Origin: Bispira polyomma
Lineage: Eukaryota
NCBI GenBank assembly: GCA_965649765.1
Contig: OZ287748.1
Span: forward strand, 15,314,001-15,378,000
Direction: 5' to 3'
DNA length: 64,000 bases
Below the pieces are notes generated by a model. It was not told the origin of the DNA and searched no databases. It was given only the letters and a program-made list of their open reading frames with translations. A program made the position numbers and the translations under genes. Positions 61,880-64,000 of the stretch are shown here, piece by piece (position 1 is the first letter of the stretch; every line of letters starts with the position of its first letter).

Positions 61880-62190
61880 ATGAGGCCACCTTAGTTAAAA
61901 ATTTAAGTTTAATGTAATATCACTGTAAGAGTGACTTCACTTGACTAAATTTAAGGTTAACGTAACATTAATTAGAAATTAACTTTACCAAAATTAAGGG
62001 CAACCTTAACAAAATTTACTATATTTAATTTCGCCTAAGCCTTACACGTGTCTAGTTGAGTTTAATTAGACTTTGAGTTTACAAGAATTAAAGGTAACCT
62101 AAACAACATTACAAGATTTTAAATGGCCTAAGCCTTACATGTGTCTAGTTAAGGTTACGCAAAGTTTCGACTATAAGGTGGCCTTACTAG
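61880..62190. repeat. Cluster of TAAGG-NNN-CCTTA palindromes with an internal duplicated motif (intron 3 of C1qDC)
   Basis: tgaggccacctta (61881), aagggcaacctta, taaggtggcctta (62174); gcctaagccttaca.gtgtctagtt occurs twice. Confidence 0.5.
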
Positions 62191-62873
62191 ATAAAATGTG
62201 TAAACTTTATAAGATATAAATGATAGAAAGAGATACAATAACCACTATAACAAGTATAAAATTATAAAATATAAAAAGTACAGAAACACTAGCTAGCTAA
62301 AGACTAAAAACTGATAAAAATAAAAGGTGCATGTATATAATCTCTTTTAGAGTCCAGGGCATCGAAATATTACTGAACCTTAGGTTGCTGAATAATTCAG
62401 CCTTAACATCAAATCAGTGTATTGTACGTATATATGTGTAGTGAGGAGATCTTTTAATTACAATTACAAATTTAAGCACATGAATCTTGGATGCGTGAGG
62501 CTATAAACTCACCTGAACAATAACAGTTTATGGTCTTTTAAACTTGCTTGCATTATTAAGTTCACCAACAGTACAGCTGCTTACAAGTATATCTATGGAG
62601 TTAACAGTTTATATCTTAGCTGGTATTCACTGAAGACACCTTCGAGAGATCAGCTCAAATTGGTATTTATCTTTCTCTGAGCCCTTTTGTGAATACGGCC
62701 TACTGTTGTAAAAGTCCATATTATCTTATAAAATTTTAATGGTGACACAAATTATCACCTATAATTCAATTGTTTGGACCAATATCAAGCCACTTGTACC
62801 AAACAGTTAACTTTTGTATTCCATATTATTTTGATATACAAAGCTGACTCCATGTTTAGGTTTTGTATTGCAG

Positions 62874-63032
62874 GGTGCAGACCAAGGGGCTAATTTCTGG
62901 GTGGTCGAATGCACAGCAGGGGAGAAGGTCTGGTGTGAACAGAACCGCCCGGGTGGCTACCTGGGTGTGGGATATGGTGAAGATGTTGTTCTAAACTCTT
63001 TCGTTGGCTTCCTTATAGGGATAACAGCATAG
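62874..63032 (+). CDS. C1qDC gene exon 4 (gC1q C-part, stop)
   Basis: ttttgtattgcag| then GADQGANFWVVECTAGEKVWC..NSFVGFLIGITA*, matching C1q GDxVW and F(S/V)GFL motifs. Confidence 0.85.
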   Translation, partial: GADQGANFWVVECTAGEKVWCEQNRPGGYLGVGYGEDVVLNSFVGFLIGITA

Positions 63033-63751
63033 AATACATTACTGTAGAGTAATTAAAACATTTTTTCGATGTTGATAACACTATTATGTATCTGCCATGT
63101 GATCAGCAAAAATGCTGTGATTCTGTTTGTCACCGGCAGTATTATATCTATAAAGTAACTATAAATGATGAAATTATTAATAAAGAATTACTCCTTTGTA
63201 TCTGGTGTATTACTTTTCCCACAAGTGGGACGCTGACATAAGGAACTACTACTATGCACAAAAGGTCTTAGTCTGAAGCCTAAGATTTTGAGCTTTTAAT
63301 TTGGCTGTAAATATTACCAATTTGGTCTAAGTTTCAGTGAAAGTAGGAAAAGAAATTTGTTTAGTGTTAACATTGCATTGAATGCTTAGGCTAACAGTAG
63401 GCAAACTAAAAATATTTTAGACATAAATGGTTACACTAAGACACTTTGTGTATACGGGCCCCGGGGAATTAAATAATTTATTACCATAATCTTGTTTATA
63501 TATATATTACGAGAAGATCGAGAATTCGCTATACCACATCCAATTTTTCAGATAAACTGATAGCCGATAAGTTAACCATTTGTTTGCTGTTGGGTATGTT
63601 TGTCTTTCACTCCACTCTTTCACTTTGAAATTAATCTTGGATTTCTATTCACAATTACCAATCTAACTTCATTTATAAATATTCTCAAATTAACTACTTC
63701 TATTTTAACTTATAACCTCTGCATACCTGTTTAATTTTACTCAGGTGAGTT

Positions 63752-63900
63752 AATAACTCTTTCGACCCTAAGCTGTCGACAAGCAGTCGACACCCCCAAA
63801 ATATAATTTTATTTTCTTCCAGTTCCTCACAATAGGAAATGCCTAGTACCACAGAATTCCCTGTTTAAATTATTTACAAAGCCATTATGGAATGTCAGAA
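63752..63900 (+). mobile_element. Second copy of the DNA-transposon end seen at 8600-8806
   Basis: taactctttcgaccctaagctgtcgacaagcagtcga..cacaataggaaatgc..cagaattccctgtttaaa. Confidence 0.55.
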
Positions 63901-64000
63901 GTAGTCTGTGGCTTGTGTTTTAGTTCTTCAGATGATGCTCCTAAGCTGTGGAATGATTTCCCTTTCTCATGCGCTTTAGAATTCACTAGCGCAGAGATTA

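Overview
AT-rich animal genomic DNA, probably from a lophotrochozoan-type invertebrate (inference from C1qDC, acylated globin and SINE types); not prokaryotic. Host genes are two paralogous globins with intronless coding sequence and an N-terminal MGCxxS acylation motif (2209-3039 and 33733-34560, within an old segmental duplication) and a 4-exon secreted coiled-coil/C1q-domain gene reconstructed by eye (56642-63032). Much of the rest is transposon DNA. There are four diverged tyrosine-recombinase (YR; DIRS order, Ngaro-like) retrotransposons: one apparently intact with near-perfect split direct repeats (35761-42894), one nearly intact with unusual inverted flanks, and two decayed. Also present: a nested hAT element with an 8-bp TSD, MITEs, tRNA-derived SINEs, a CR1/L2-type LINE fragment and a Harbinger-like remnant. 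Main observation: all four YR retroelements carry a phase-1 GT donor at the same Gly codon in mid-gag and a phase-1 AG acceptor just upstream of the YR coding region. This predicts a spliced subgenomic mRNA encoding a Gag(N-half)-recombinase fusion.
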